Positions 1 through 11,537 of a stretch of DNA of 64,000 nt are shown here, piece after piece. The notes under the pieces are model-generated. The model saw only the letters and a program-made list of their open reading frames with translations. It was not told the DNA's origin and ran no database searches. Every line of letters starts with the position of its first letter. The first letter of the stretch is position 1. Both the position numbers and the translations under genes were made by a program. The stretch is taken from the NCBI GenBank assembly GCA_951406725.2, contig OX597837.1, positions 9,982,001 to 10,046,000 of the forward strand, written 5' to 3'. The DNA comes from Octopus vulgaris (taxonomy: Eukaryota).

Positions 1-883
1 CTTAATCCGTTTGTCTGTCCTTGTTTGTCCTCTCTGTGTTTAGCCCCTTGTGGATAGTAAAGAAATATATATATATATATATATATGCATACCAGTCACT
101 ACACACACGGACATACACACGTGTATCACCGTCTGTATGTATGAAAGAGTGCTCATGTGTGTGTTTGTGTGTGTGAGTATGTGCCTGAGCATTTGTGTGC
201 GTGCGTGTATAAAAGAGGTTTTAAAAAAGAGGATATAGACGTATGTAAGACAAAGGAATGGTTTATATGCGTGTGTATAGGTATGCGACAGTGAGAGATA
301 GATAGAGAGAGAGACAGACAGCCAGACAGACAGACACAGACAAAGGGCGAGATTGAGGAGAAGGAAGAGGAATGTGAGAAAGAGAGAGAGGGAGAGTAAT
401 AGATTAGTCGGGCATTGATGTTTGTAAATCAATTCTACGGAAGATCAATCGCGCAAATTTTATGAGAATAAAGTGACGCGATGAGGTTATGATCTTAGAC
501 AGACACACACGCATACACTCACGCTCACACGCACACTAACAAACCTATATGTTTGCATCTATATATACATTCGTCTATGCGCGTTTATATATAGATATAT
601 TTATATATACATACATATATACATATATATGTAAGCATATATATATACATATATGTGTACGCATATATATATACATATATATGTATACATATATATACGT
701 ATATATATGTATATATATATATATATATGTATACATATATATATAAATATATGTATGTATACATATATATAATATATATGTATGTATACATATATATATA
801 TATATATGTATGTATACATATATATATATGTATGTATACATGTATATATGTATGTATACATATATATATACATATATCTGTAA

Positions 884-914
<31 letters not shown>

Positions 915-1171
915 TGTATATGCATGTGTGTGTGTGTCCATATGTGCGTGTGTTATTATATTTTGTCTGGTCTAAAACTGGTGTTGTGTTTCTTAATGTC
1001 CATCAACTTGGCAGTTTGACAATTACATTCGATAGAATATAGAGCAGACTGAAATAAATTCCGTTGGTGGGGTTGATTTGAGTAATTGCATCCTTGAAGT
1101 GTTGCTGCAGCATGGCCGCAGTCTAATGACCGAGACCACTGAAAGATTAAACACATTTAAAAAATTTGTTT

Positions 1172-1950
1172 TTATGAGGTTAAGAATATTCTTGAATTCG
1201 AAAACGTTTTGTCGTCATATTAAACTTTTACTCGCGTGCGTGACAAGCTGTCTCCGGTGGTCAGGCTACCAAATCGGGAGATCAGGAGTTTGGGGGAAAA
1301 TGGAGTTAACCCTTAGAAATCGCTGATCTTAAGTCCCTTCTGGCCGGGGTGGATAGTACGTGTTAAGTGCCTCAGTTACAGGCCAAAAGCAGAAAATGGC
1401 CCTCTGGCTAAAGTATACAAGAATTGAAGGAAGTCTGGACCCAGTTGTGTGTCAGATAGTAGAAAATATTCCTGTGATTAGGGTGGAAAATTGGTCCCTT
1501 AACATATGATCCACAGGCTCACAAACCTGTGGGCATGCCCTGTTGTCACATGAACCAGTCGCTCAGGCTAAGGGTTATGAGGTTAAGAATATTTTAAATT
1601 CGAAAACGTTTTGTCGTCATATTAAACTTTTACTCGCGTGCGTGATAAGCTGTTTCCGGTGGTCAGGCTAGCAAATAGGGAGATGAGGAGTTTGGGGGGG
1701 AAATGGAGTTAACCCTTAGAAATTGCTGCTCTTAAGTCCCTTCTAGAAGTACGTGTTAAGTGCCTCAGTTATAGGCCAAAAGCAGAAGATGGCCCTCTGG
1801 CTAAATTATACATGAATTGGAAGGAGTTATGTAGAAAATATTCTTGTGATTAGGGTGGAGTGTTGGTCCCTTAACATATGATCCACAGGCTCACAAACCT
1901 GTGGGCATGCCCTATTGTCACATGAACCAGTCGCTCAGGCTAAGGGTTAA
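1172..1950. repeat. Direct tandem duplication of a ~400 bp unit (1172-1577, 1575-1950)
   Basis: ttatgaggttaagaatatt...gaaccagtcgctcaggctaagggtta occurs twice, with scattered substitutions and small deletions in copy 2. Confidence 0.9.
1709..1950. mobile_element. Putative piggyBac-type MITE (second copy at 1306-1577)
   Basis: TTAA-CCCTTAG ... CTAAGGG-TTAA: TTAA on both sides and CCC...GGG termini; the TIR is only 7 bp. Confidence 0.5.
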
Positions 1951-2621
1951 AAGAACCTGCATCTCAAAGATAAACACTAGAGAGCAGAAAACAAACAGAG
2001 CAAACTATAAATAAACCGGCTGAATGCAAAAGGAAGCAAAAAAAATCTTGTATCTTCAGACTCTGGCATAGCATAGGAAGCGACAGGAGCCATGTGCTAT
2101 TTTCAAACGGGTCAAACACTGTTGCATGTCTTTCATCCGTTTGAAAATACTTCTGCAGCTGCTACGATGTTTTAGCTTATAAGGTTATTGATTAATTTTA
2201 TGAATTTTAGTTTCCAGACTTATTGCGATAGCGAAGCACAGTAGTTCTGATGTAATGGGTGCGGTATTAACATCTGGTTTCGAGTGTATTTTCCGTGAAC
2301 CCTACGTGACTCTCTGTACTATCTGCAGTTGTTATCGCTGGTGTAGTACACAAGTGCCTTTGGGAATGAACTGAACACATGGACAGGGTGTTGTCATAAT
2401 TATAATTACAATGTTTTGTGCAAAAAAAATCATTTCTCGAAAAAATAAATAAATTCTACAGAAACACAATCACATTCTCATGCTCGCCCCCACACACTCA
2501 CTATTAAAAGTGCAGGTCACATTCAATCACCCTTCGGAGTAACCTTGACACATTTCGGTAACACTGCTGTAGAATCTCTGCACAGATTTATTAGTGTTGT
2601 TGTTGTCACTGTTTTGTCATT

Positions 2622-3031
2622 ATTGTTGTTGTTGTTGTTGTTGCTGTTGCTGTTGAGCGTAGCGGTCTTCGTCCCAGAGCTCGCAAGATCGCGCCTCTGT
2701 AGTGGGAGAAGTCCGAAACGTGATCCTTTGCCATTCGTAAGACCCGCAGAAGAGAAAGCAGGTCAACTCCCCCCCCCCCGACACCGAGAGCATCGACGGA
2801 TGGATGAATGCGCATCCAGGCTCTTGTCGGGGACAAGAAACAGGTAGAAAGAGTGAGAGAAAGTTGGAGCGAAAGAATACAACAGGGGTCGCCACCACCC
2901 CCTGCCGGAGCCTCGTGGAGCTTTAGGTGTTTTCGCTCAATAAACACACACAACGCCCGGTCTGGGAATCGAAACCGCGATCTTCCGACCGCGAGTCCGC
3001 TGCCCTAACCACTGGACCATTGTGCCTCCAC
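2622..3031 (-). mobile_element. tRNA(Arg-like)-derived SINE, family 3, with (CAA)n tail
   Basis: Minus strand begins with A-box-like tggtccagtggttagggc, anticodon-like gactcgcg and B-box-like ggtttcgattcc, and ends in a caacagcaacaac tail; same head at ~31910-32090 and 63739-64000. Confidence 0.8.
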
Positions 3032-3334
3032 TGTTGCTGCTGGTTGTTGTTGTCACTGTTACTGCGGTTGTTTTTCTTGTTTTGTTATGCTGTTGCAGTT
3101 GTTCTTCATGTCATTGTTATTGATGTTGTTCCTGTTGCTGCCGTTGTTGTTACTGCTGCTGTTGTTGTTGTTGTTGTTAAGCGACAAGGTGGGTAAGGGT
3201 GATTTCACTGCGTCCGTTCTGTGGGTTGCCGTTCAAGAATTTGGACCTGGAGTTCTCCATTTCCAGCGACTTCGAGGGCCACTTCCCAGTGGTGTCGGGC
3301 GTCAACGAAGAACCCTCGACTACAACAATACGAC

Positions 3335-3390
<56 letters not shown>

Positions 3391-3509
3391 GTATATATCT
3401 CAAATTCTAATTTCTGTATTTTTTCTTTGCGTCTGTTGTAACGTACTTATAAAATACTTCATGTGATATACATACATATGCATATATATAGGTGTATGTA
3501 TGTCTATTG

Positions 3510-3548
<39 letters not shown>

Positions 3549-3585
3549 TATATGTATATATATGTATATATATATATATATATAT

Positions 3586-3798
3586 CGGTCTTTCAAAATG
3601 TGACTTCGTGTGTACCGTTGGCGATTTTTTTCTCTGTCTTCCCTTCTCTGGATCTTTCCTTCTCCTATGTTTCCGACGAAGAGCTCCGCTCGAAACGTTA
3701 AACCCTCCTTCTTTCCTTCTTTCCTGAGCGTCCAATAATACTATATTTGTTCCACGTCCTCGCGTTGTTGTGTTTTTTGTGCTTTCTTGTTTGGATTA

Positions 3799-3801
<3 letters not shown>
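3586..3801 (+). mobile_element. (TA)n-flanked short element, family A, with hammerhead-like motif at 3669-3703
   Basis: Near-identical copies at 26648-26838 (+), 28329-28472 (-), 44835-45020 (+) and a fragment at 33282-33339; each abuts (TA)n. Confidence 0.75.
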
Positions 3802-3853
<52 letters not shown>

Positions 3854-4138
3854 TGCGTGTGTATACATACATTGTGTGTCTGTGTTTATACATATACATA
3901 CATATACATCCATAATATATATATATATCTAGCATTGCTTGACAACCGATGCTGGTGTGTTTATGTCCCCATTACTTGGCGGTTCGGCAAAAGAGACCGA
4001 TAGAATAAGTACTGGGCTTACAAAAGAATAAGTCCCGGGGTCGATTTGCTCGATTAAAGGCGGTGCTCCAGCATGGCCGCAGTCAAATGACTGAAACAAG
4101 TAAAAGAGTAAAGAGTATATATATATATATATATATAT

Positions 4139-4177
<39 letters not shown>

Positions 4178-4240
4178 CATGCATATACACATATATAAAT
4201 ATATACACACACAGACGCATACAAAAACAGACACATATAT

Positions 4241-4280
<40 letters not shown>

Positions 4281-4765
4281 TTATATTATATTATATGTAT
4301 GTAAACTTACGTGTGTGTGAAGCAGGCAGTAGTTTGTAAAAACACAGAATGTAAAATTAACATCCGGTTAGTTCGTCCATTGGCGCCGAACAGAGTTTTG
4401 GATGCAATTTCACGGCGCACGTGACATATCCAACCAATCTATTTCCTCCTCCTCACACACTCCCCTTCATTACAACCAACACCACGGCCAAGGAACCCTA
4501 TAGCTCGCTCGGGCAGCTGGAAATAGCAGCCGAAACCTTCCTCAAAATATGCCCTGTTGAGTTATATAAAGAATGCACACATTAGCTGATATAGTCCAAG
4601 AAATACATTGGATATTTAAAATTTTTAAATCTTTTACCTGTTACTTGTTTCAGCCATTAGGTTGCGCCCATGCTGGGGCACCGCATTGAAGAATATTTTG
4701 AGGAACCAATCGACCCCGGTGCCTTTTGATTTGCTTTTATTTTTTTTTATAGCTTGGTACTTATT

Positions 4766-5155
4766 CTCTTTTACTCTTTTACTTGTTTCAGTCATTTAAT
4801 TGCGGCCATGCTGGAGCACCGCCTTTAGTCGAGCAAATCGACTTCTTCTTTATAGGCCTAGTACTTATTCTATCGATCCCTTTTGGCGAACCGCTGGGTT
4901 ACGGGGACGTAAACACATCAGCATCGGTTGTCAAGCGATGTTGGGGGAACAAACACAGACACACAAACACACACACACACACATACATATATATATACGA
5001 CGGGCTTCTTTCAGTTTCCCTCTAGCAAATCCACTCACAAATCTTTGGTCGGCCCGAGGCTATATAGTAGAAGACACTTGCCCAAGGTGCCATGCAGTGG
5101 GACTGAACCCGGAACCATGTGGTTGGTAAGCAAGCTACTTACCACACAGCCACTC
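4766..5155 (-). mobile_element. tRNA-derived SINE, family 1, full length with internal microsatellite
   Basis: Head gtggctgtgtggtaag...gggttcagtccc (A/B-box-like), body accttgggcaagtgtctt, internal (TA/TG)n, tail ggcggtgctccagcatggccgca...gaaacaagtaaaagag; more than 20 copies or fragments in the window. Confidence 0.9.
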
Positions 5156-5156
5156 G

Positions 5157-5246
<90 letters not shown>

Positions 5247-5295
5247 ATATTGCCACGTGGTGTATACTGACTCTTCAGTATCTTTACACCTTTAA

Positions 5296-5530
5296 GGTGG
5301 TGAGCTGGCAGAAATGTTAGGATGCTTGGTGAAATGCTTAACAGTACTTTGTCTACCGTTACGTTCTGAGTTCAAATCCCGCCGAGGTCGACTTTGCCTT
5401 TCATCCTTCCGGGGTCGATTAAATAAGTACCAGTTACGCACTGGGGTCGATATAATCAACTTAATCCATTTGTCTGTCCTTGTTTGTCGTCTCTATGTTT
5501 AGCCCTTGTGGGTAGTAAAGAAATAGGTAT
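5296..5530 (+). mobile_element. tRNA-derived SINE, family 2
   Basis: ggtggtgagctggcagaa head, gagttcaaatcc B-box, central gtcgactttgcctttcatccttccggggtcgat motif; other copies at 1-65, 8320-8731, 16631-16955, 48421-49110, 50895-51470. Confidence 0.85.
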
Positions 5531-5540
5531 CTTTAAACTT

Positions 5541-5575
<35 letters not shown>

Positions 5576-5935
5576 GCGCTCACACGCGCACACACACACA
5601 CACACACATATTTTCTCATATATGTAAATAGTGCCAATCCTTGCTAATTTCGGTCAGCTGGGGCGTAACCGATTGTGTTAACTGTTACAAACACATCTAA
5701 GAGGAAATAACTGGTGGCGTGCAAATATTTGAACATAGCATTGCAACGTCTCAACTCCCCTTCTCTCTCTTTGTCTCACACTCTCTCTTTCGCTCTCTCT
5801 CTCCCTCTCCCTCCCTCCCTCTACCTACATACCTACCTCCTTATCAATCTTTATTGCTTGCAACATATATATAGTTATATATATATATATACACACACAC
5901 AATTATGTAAACTTTATATATAAACAAATATATGT

Positions 5936-5966
<31 letters not shown>

Positions 5967-5982
5967 CCCACAGCATATATAT

Positions 5983-6183
5983 TCTTTTATTTGTTTCAGT
6001 CATTTGACTGCGGCCATGCTGGAGCTACGCCTTTAGTCGAGAAAATTGACCCCAGGACTTATTCTTTGCAAGCCTAGTACTTATTCTATCGGACTCTTTT
6101 GCCGAACCGCTAAGTTACAGGCACGGAAACACACCAGTATTGGTTGTCAAGCGATGGTGTGGGTCAAATACAGACACACTACC

Positions 6184-6243
<60 letters not shown>

Positions 6244-6403
6244 GACAGGCTCTTCTTTCAGTTCCCGTCTACCAAATCCACTCACAAGGCTTTGGTTGAC
6301 CCATGGCTATAACAGAAGACACTTGCCCAAGGCGACACGCAGTAGGACTGAACCCAGAACCATGTGGTTGGTAAGCAAGCTACTTACCACACAGCCACTC
6401 CTG
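5983..6403 (-). mobile_element. SINE family 1, full length
   Basis: Same head, body and tail as 4766-5155. Confidence 0.9.
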
Positions 6404-6700
6404 TATATGCAATGATATTCCCACAATCATCAATAACTCTGTGTGTGTGTGCGTGAGTGCGATGCGTGAGTGCGATGCGTGCGCGCTCTGAGTATACACT
6501 TGCTAGGCGTGGCCAAATATTATAAGTTCTCAAATATTCACAAACTATACACCACTCACTTCCAGTGATTGTTAATCACGTTTCAAAATTGTACTTCACA
6601 TGGAGTATGCGAGACTGATGTATACAGATGTGTACAGGCACCTACGCATGCGCAAACACAATTGTATAAGTATGTATGAGTATAAATATATATATATATA

Positions 6701-7064
6701 CTCTTTTACTCTTTTACTTGTTTTAGTCATTTGACTGTGACCATGCTGGAGCACCGCCTTTTAGTCGAGCACATGGACCCCAGGACTTATTCTTTGTAAG
6801 CCTAGTACTTATTCTATCGGACACTTTTGCCGAACCGGTAAGTTACGAGGACGTAAACACACCAGCATCGGTTGTCAAGCAATGTTGGTGGGACAAGAAC
6901 AGACATACATGTATAAATATATGCATACGACGGGCTTCTTTCATTTTCCGTCTACCAATCCACTCACAAGACTTTGGTTGGCCCGAGGCTATAGTTGGAG
7001 ATATTTGTCCAAGGTGCTACGCAGTGTGACTGAACCCGGAAACATGTGGTTCGTAAGCAACTAC
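6701..7064 (-). mobile_element. SINE family 1, nearly full length
   Basis: Same body and tail as 4766-5155. Confidence 0.85.
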
Positions 7065-7092
7065 TATATATATATATAACCCTAATTATATA

Positions 7093-7130
<38 letters not shown>

Positions 7131-7134
<4 letters not shown>

Positions 7135-7450
7135 TATATAATTAGGGTTCAGCAACGATAAGCTTCACCACACACCGAAGTTTAGAAATAGCAGTCAAAA
7201 TCCTAGCTATTTTTTCTACTTTAAAAGGAGTTCCCAGAAAAACCAAAGCACTCCCTTTAAAGTAGAAAAAATAGCTAGTATTTTGACTGCTATTTCTAAA
7301 CTTCGGTGTGTGGTGAAGCTAATCGTTGCTGAACCCTAATTATATAGTATTACATAAACTTACCATAAAATGGTCTTTTTTCATGCCTAATTCTACTGAG
7401 TGAAATTACTAATTACTTCTTAATTAATTAATTTCACCCTTTGTTATTAC
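7131..7450. repeat. (TA)n-flanked foldback element with ~100 bp inverted arms (7131-7231 / 7250-7350)
   Basis: The arms are reverse complements with few mismatches; related sequence at 36412-36680. Confidence 0.85.
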
Positions 7451-7472
7451 TATATATATAGAGAGAGAGAGG

Positions 7473-7516
<44 letters not shown>

Positions 7517-8319
7517 GACGGAGAGACGGACAGACAGATAGATTGATAACAGCACACGCATATACATCTGTACATCTGTGAGTCTGAACACGTGCACGTG
7601 TGTGTGTGTGTGTGTGTCCTGAAAAGGTGACACAATTATTTTTTGGGCTGTCTCGAAAGGGCTGACATGGAATCGAAATAAATGTTACTAAGCATACCCC
7701 ACCCACAAAAAAAGGAGTGTAACTTCCTGATTCTCCACTGGCCCCTAACATAATCTACCGTTTGACGTCATAAGACAACCCCCCCACCTCACCCAGTAAA
7801 CCCCAAATCCGGTACCTAAGCCCTAACACGTTCATCCTTATTTTCTTCTCTGCCTGAGATCTTGCTGCTCTTGTCAGCGTCATCGTCGTAGTTATTATTG
7901 CTACTGTTGTTGTTGTTGTTGTTATTGTGGTAGTTGTTGTTATTGTCGTTTCAGTAGTAGGCGTTCACCTCCAAATCGCTTTCGACCCGGCAAACCTATA
8001 AATGATGACAGTACTACCGTGACTCTCCTGTTCCATTGAAGTATAATGTTTCAAAGACTATTTTCTTCAATGTCATACTTTTTTATTTCCTAGTCGTCAG
8101 GGACGCCATTGCTCATAATCTTTGCTAACCTAATTCGTATTTGAGCGAGATTTAAACGCTATTTCTAACAAGATGTGCCCCCGAATACTGCAAAGATTCC
8201 TAACCAGTTTTCGCTCCATTTACCGAATGGCAATTTTTTATTTTTTTAAAAGTAAATTTACATAACTTCTTTTTTTTTTCACTAATTTCTGTTTACGTTA
8301 CAACCACAAGAATATATAT

Positions 8320-8731
8320 TTCTTTATTGCCCACAGGGGGCTAAAAATAGAAGGGACAAACAAGGACAAACAAAGGGATTAAGTCGATTACTTCGACCCC
8401 AGTGTGTAACTGGTACTTATGCAATCGATCCCGAAAGGATGAAAGGCAAAGTCGACCTCGGCGGAATTTGAACTCAGAACGTAATGGCAGACGAAATACC
8501 TATTTCTTTACTACCCACAAGGGGCTAAACACAGAGAGGACAAACAAGGACAGACAAACGGATTAAGTCGATTATATCGACCCCAGTGCGTAACTGGTAC
8601 TAATTTAATCGACCCCGAAAGGATGAAAGGCAAAGTCGACTTCGGCGGAGTTTGAACTCAGAACGTAAAGACAGATGGAATATCACTAAGCATTTCGTCC
8701 GGCGTGCTAACGTTTCTGCCAGCTCGCCGCC
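8320..8731 (-). mobile_element. SINE family 2, head-to-tail dimer
   Basis: Two ~183 bp units joined at gaaatacctatttc (8493-8506). Confidence 0.85.
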
Positions 8732-9218
8732 CTTCAACCACAAGAATATAACCTCTGAACAGGAACTTTAAAATACCGCATTCTAAATAGGTGTGGCTAT
8801 GCGGTAAGAAGTTTGATTTCCATCCACAAAGATTCCGAGTTCAGTCCCGCAGGGTGTACACCTTTTGGCAATTTTTTTTTTCTTCTATAGACTCGAGCCG
8901 ACCAGATTATTGTGAGCGGACTTGGTAGACCAAATCTGAAAGAAAGCCCATTTTCTGACGTATGTCTCCGAGCAATCTTTCAAGCTTAGTTCATAGGTTA
9001 AATAAATTTACAAACCAGGACTCTGGACTACGACAAAAAAAAACAAAACAAAAAAAAACATGAGAGAAACAAACAAGATGAAAAACAACGAGGAGAAGAA
9101 GAAAGCGCGAAGAAGGTTGAAGCAAAAAACGGAACGAGAAAACGGGAAAGAATAAGAAAACCAGCATCTTCGTCCTCATGGACTTGAAGGTCAAATTCTG
9201 TAAGATATTGTAACTGTA

Positions 9219-9290
<72 letters not shown>

Positions 9291-9295
9291 ATATA

Positions 9296-10050
9296 GGATC
9301 TTTTCGGTGTTCGAACGGCAGTTTTTTAAAATAATTTCCACGTAACTAAACACTTTTAAACTTCGTATACTGGTAGAATGTGTTTATAAAACATCTTTTT
9401 CTCTTGGCTTTAGTGAGAAAATTCTATAGTTTGTAAGATATTTGTTGTTGTTTTTTTTTTCTTCAATTTCTGCAATTTCAACCAATCAATGACGTCTATT
9501 GAGGTGAAAACATTCTGTGTCGTATGAAAATGTCCCTCGTTTAAGAAACAGATTGGGTTTATTTACATTTCTGGAGAAAAAAGGATACCCTTCCCCCACC
9601 CCTAACTCTAACCCTAATCCTAAAACAGTTTTTAACATAATTTCTAGGTAACTAAACACTTTTAAACTTCGTATACTGGTAGAATGTGTTTATAAAACAT
9701 CTTTTTCTCTTGGCTTTATTGAGAAAATTCTGTAGTTTGTAAGATATTTGTTGTTGTTTTTTTTCTTCAATTTCTGCAATTTCAACCAATCAATGACGTC
9801 TATTTAGGTGAAAACATTCTGTGCCGTATGAACATGTCCCTCGTTTAAGAAACAGATTGGGTTTATTTGCATTTGTGAAGAAAAAAAGATACCCTTCCCC
9901 CACCCCTAACCCTAACCCTAACTAATCCTAACTCTAACCCTAACCCTAAAACAGATTGAAATGCAATAGATCGATACTAGGGTCATAATTATGGGTGACA
10001 ATTTCATGTGACACCGCTAAAAAAAAATGCCGTTCAAACCGAAAAGATCC
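9296..10050. mobile_element. Merlin-like MITE with internal ~306 bp duplication and (CCCTAA)n tracts
   Basis: Imperfect TIR ggatcttttcggtgttcgaacggca / tgccgttcaaaccgaaaagatcc; 8-bp flanks tatatata/tatataca; other copies at 19720-20136 and 21220-21638. Confidence 0.75.
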
Positions 10051-10053
10051 TAT

Positions 10054-10112
<59 letters not shown>

Positions 10113-10117
<5 letters not shown>

Positions 10118-10465
10118 TAGGCCTCCGTGTTGAGTGTGAGGCCGTGCGAGAAGATGAAGGGAAGCATAACGTTGCCGTCATTAGCGATCACTCCACGCAC
10201 CATGATATTGACTGGATGTTTGATTTTTATCACTCTCGGTACATGTCCTTAGATTGACACAGAAACACTCTGAAATGCCCGTATTGGAGCTTCCGGCGCG
10301 AATGCCAAGCAGAATACTATATCGTTTCCAAATTTCTGCCTGAGGGAATTGCGTCATGGTGCTGTTTTTCTCATAGACAGTGCCCAACTGACCCTACTAT
10401 ACTGTGTAGTCGACAAAATCAAAAACAAACAATGCGCATGCGCAAAATTTACCCATCACACCCTG
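10113..10465 (-). mobile_element. Tc1/mariner relic, left end plus transposase fragment
   Basis: Terminus cagggtgtgatgggtaaatt next to TA; peptide KHPVNIMVRGVIANDGNVMLPFIFSHGLTLNTEAYI matches the copy at 34666-35529. Confidence 0.75.
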
Positions 10466-10529
10466 TATGTATACGAGGGATGCTGAAAATTTCCTGGCCT
10501 TAAGGGATTCGCGAAAGGCCTGGTTGGCG

Positions 10530-10780
10530 TGAAATAAACATGTGCAAATGGCTGAGTACACTACAGACACGAGAACCCTTAACGTAGTTGTCAGGGATAT
10601 CCAGTGTTACATTGCTTCCCCTTTGAATTACTGGTACGACTCATTTTTGCCAGCTGAGTGGACTGGAGCAACGAGAAATAAAATGTCTTGCTTAAGGAGA
10701 CAGCGAACCGCTGGGAATCGAACTCTCGACATTACGGATCGTATGCCGAATACCCTAAGCACTACGCTAAGCGCCTTTAC
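10530..10780 (-). mobile_element. tRNA-derived SINE, family 4 (degenerate)
   Basis: Minus strand has a tRNA-like head (gagttcgattccc); 3' part shared with 31716-31910. Confidence 0.6.
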
Positions 10781-10902
10781 ATACGAAATTAAAGTTTCAC
10801 CTCTTTACAATAGCCTTGTGTGTTCACTTGCAAAGTTGTGGGTGTGTGCGCGAGTATAAGAATGAATGTGCGTGTATGTGTTGGTGTGTGTGCGAGTATA
10901 AC

Positions 10903-11131
10903 TCTCTTTACTCTTTTACTCTTTTACTTGTTTCAGTCATTTAACTGCGGCCATGCTGGAGCACCGCCTTTAGTCGAGCAAATCGACCCCGGGACTTATT
11001 CTTTGTAAGCCCAGTACTTATTCTATCAGTCTCTTTTGCCGAACCGCTAAGTAACGGGGACGTAAGCACACCAGCATCGGTTGTCAAGCAATGCTAGGGG
11101 GACAAACACAGACACACAAACACACACACGC

Positions 11132-11172
<41 letters not shown>

Positions 11173-11329
11173 CGACAGGCTTCTTTCAGTTTCCATCTAC
11201 CAAATCCACTCACAAGGCATTGGTCGGCCCGGGGCTATAGCAGAAGACACTTGCCCAGGATGCCACGCAGTGGGATTGAACCCGGAACCATGTAGTTGGT
11301 TAGCAAGCTACTTACCACACAGCCACTCC
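10903..11329 (-). mobile_element. SINE family 1, full length
   Basis: Same head, body and tail as 4766-5155. Confidence 0.9.
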
Positions 11330-11345
11330 CACTTCATAAGTATGA

Positions 11346-11397
<52 letters not shown>

Positions 11398-11479
11398 GCG
11401 CGTAATATAATGGCGGTGCCACGATGTAATGTCTTTCACCTTCCACGTAGACAACTTCCATTCCTCTCACACACACGCA

Positions 11480-11489
11480 CTACACCACC

Positions 11490-11537
<48 letters not shown>

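Noticed and set aside
40-1019. Many ORFs rich in YI, VC, HT, LS or IYLS repeats, here and throughout the window
   Set aside because: They are translations of (TA)n, (TG)n, (CT)n and (TATC)n microsatellites, open in several frames on both strands, with no splice or domain support.
9900-9950. (CCCTAA)n as a chromosome end or fusion site
   Set aside because: The array is short and lies inside a TIR element present three times, so it is cargo of the MITE.
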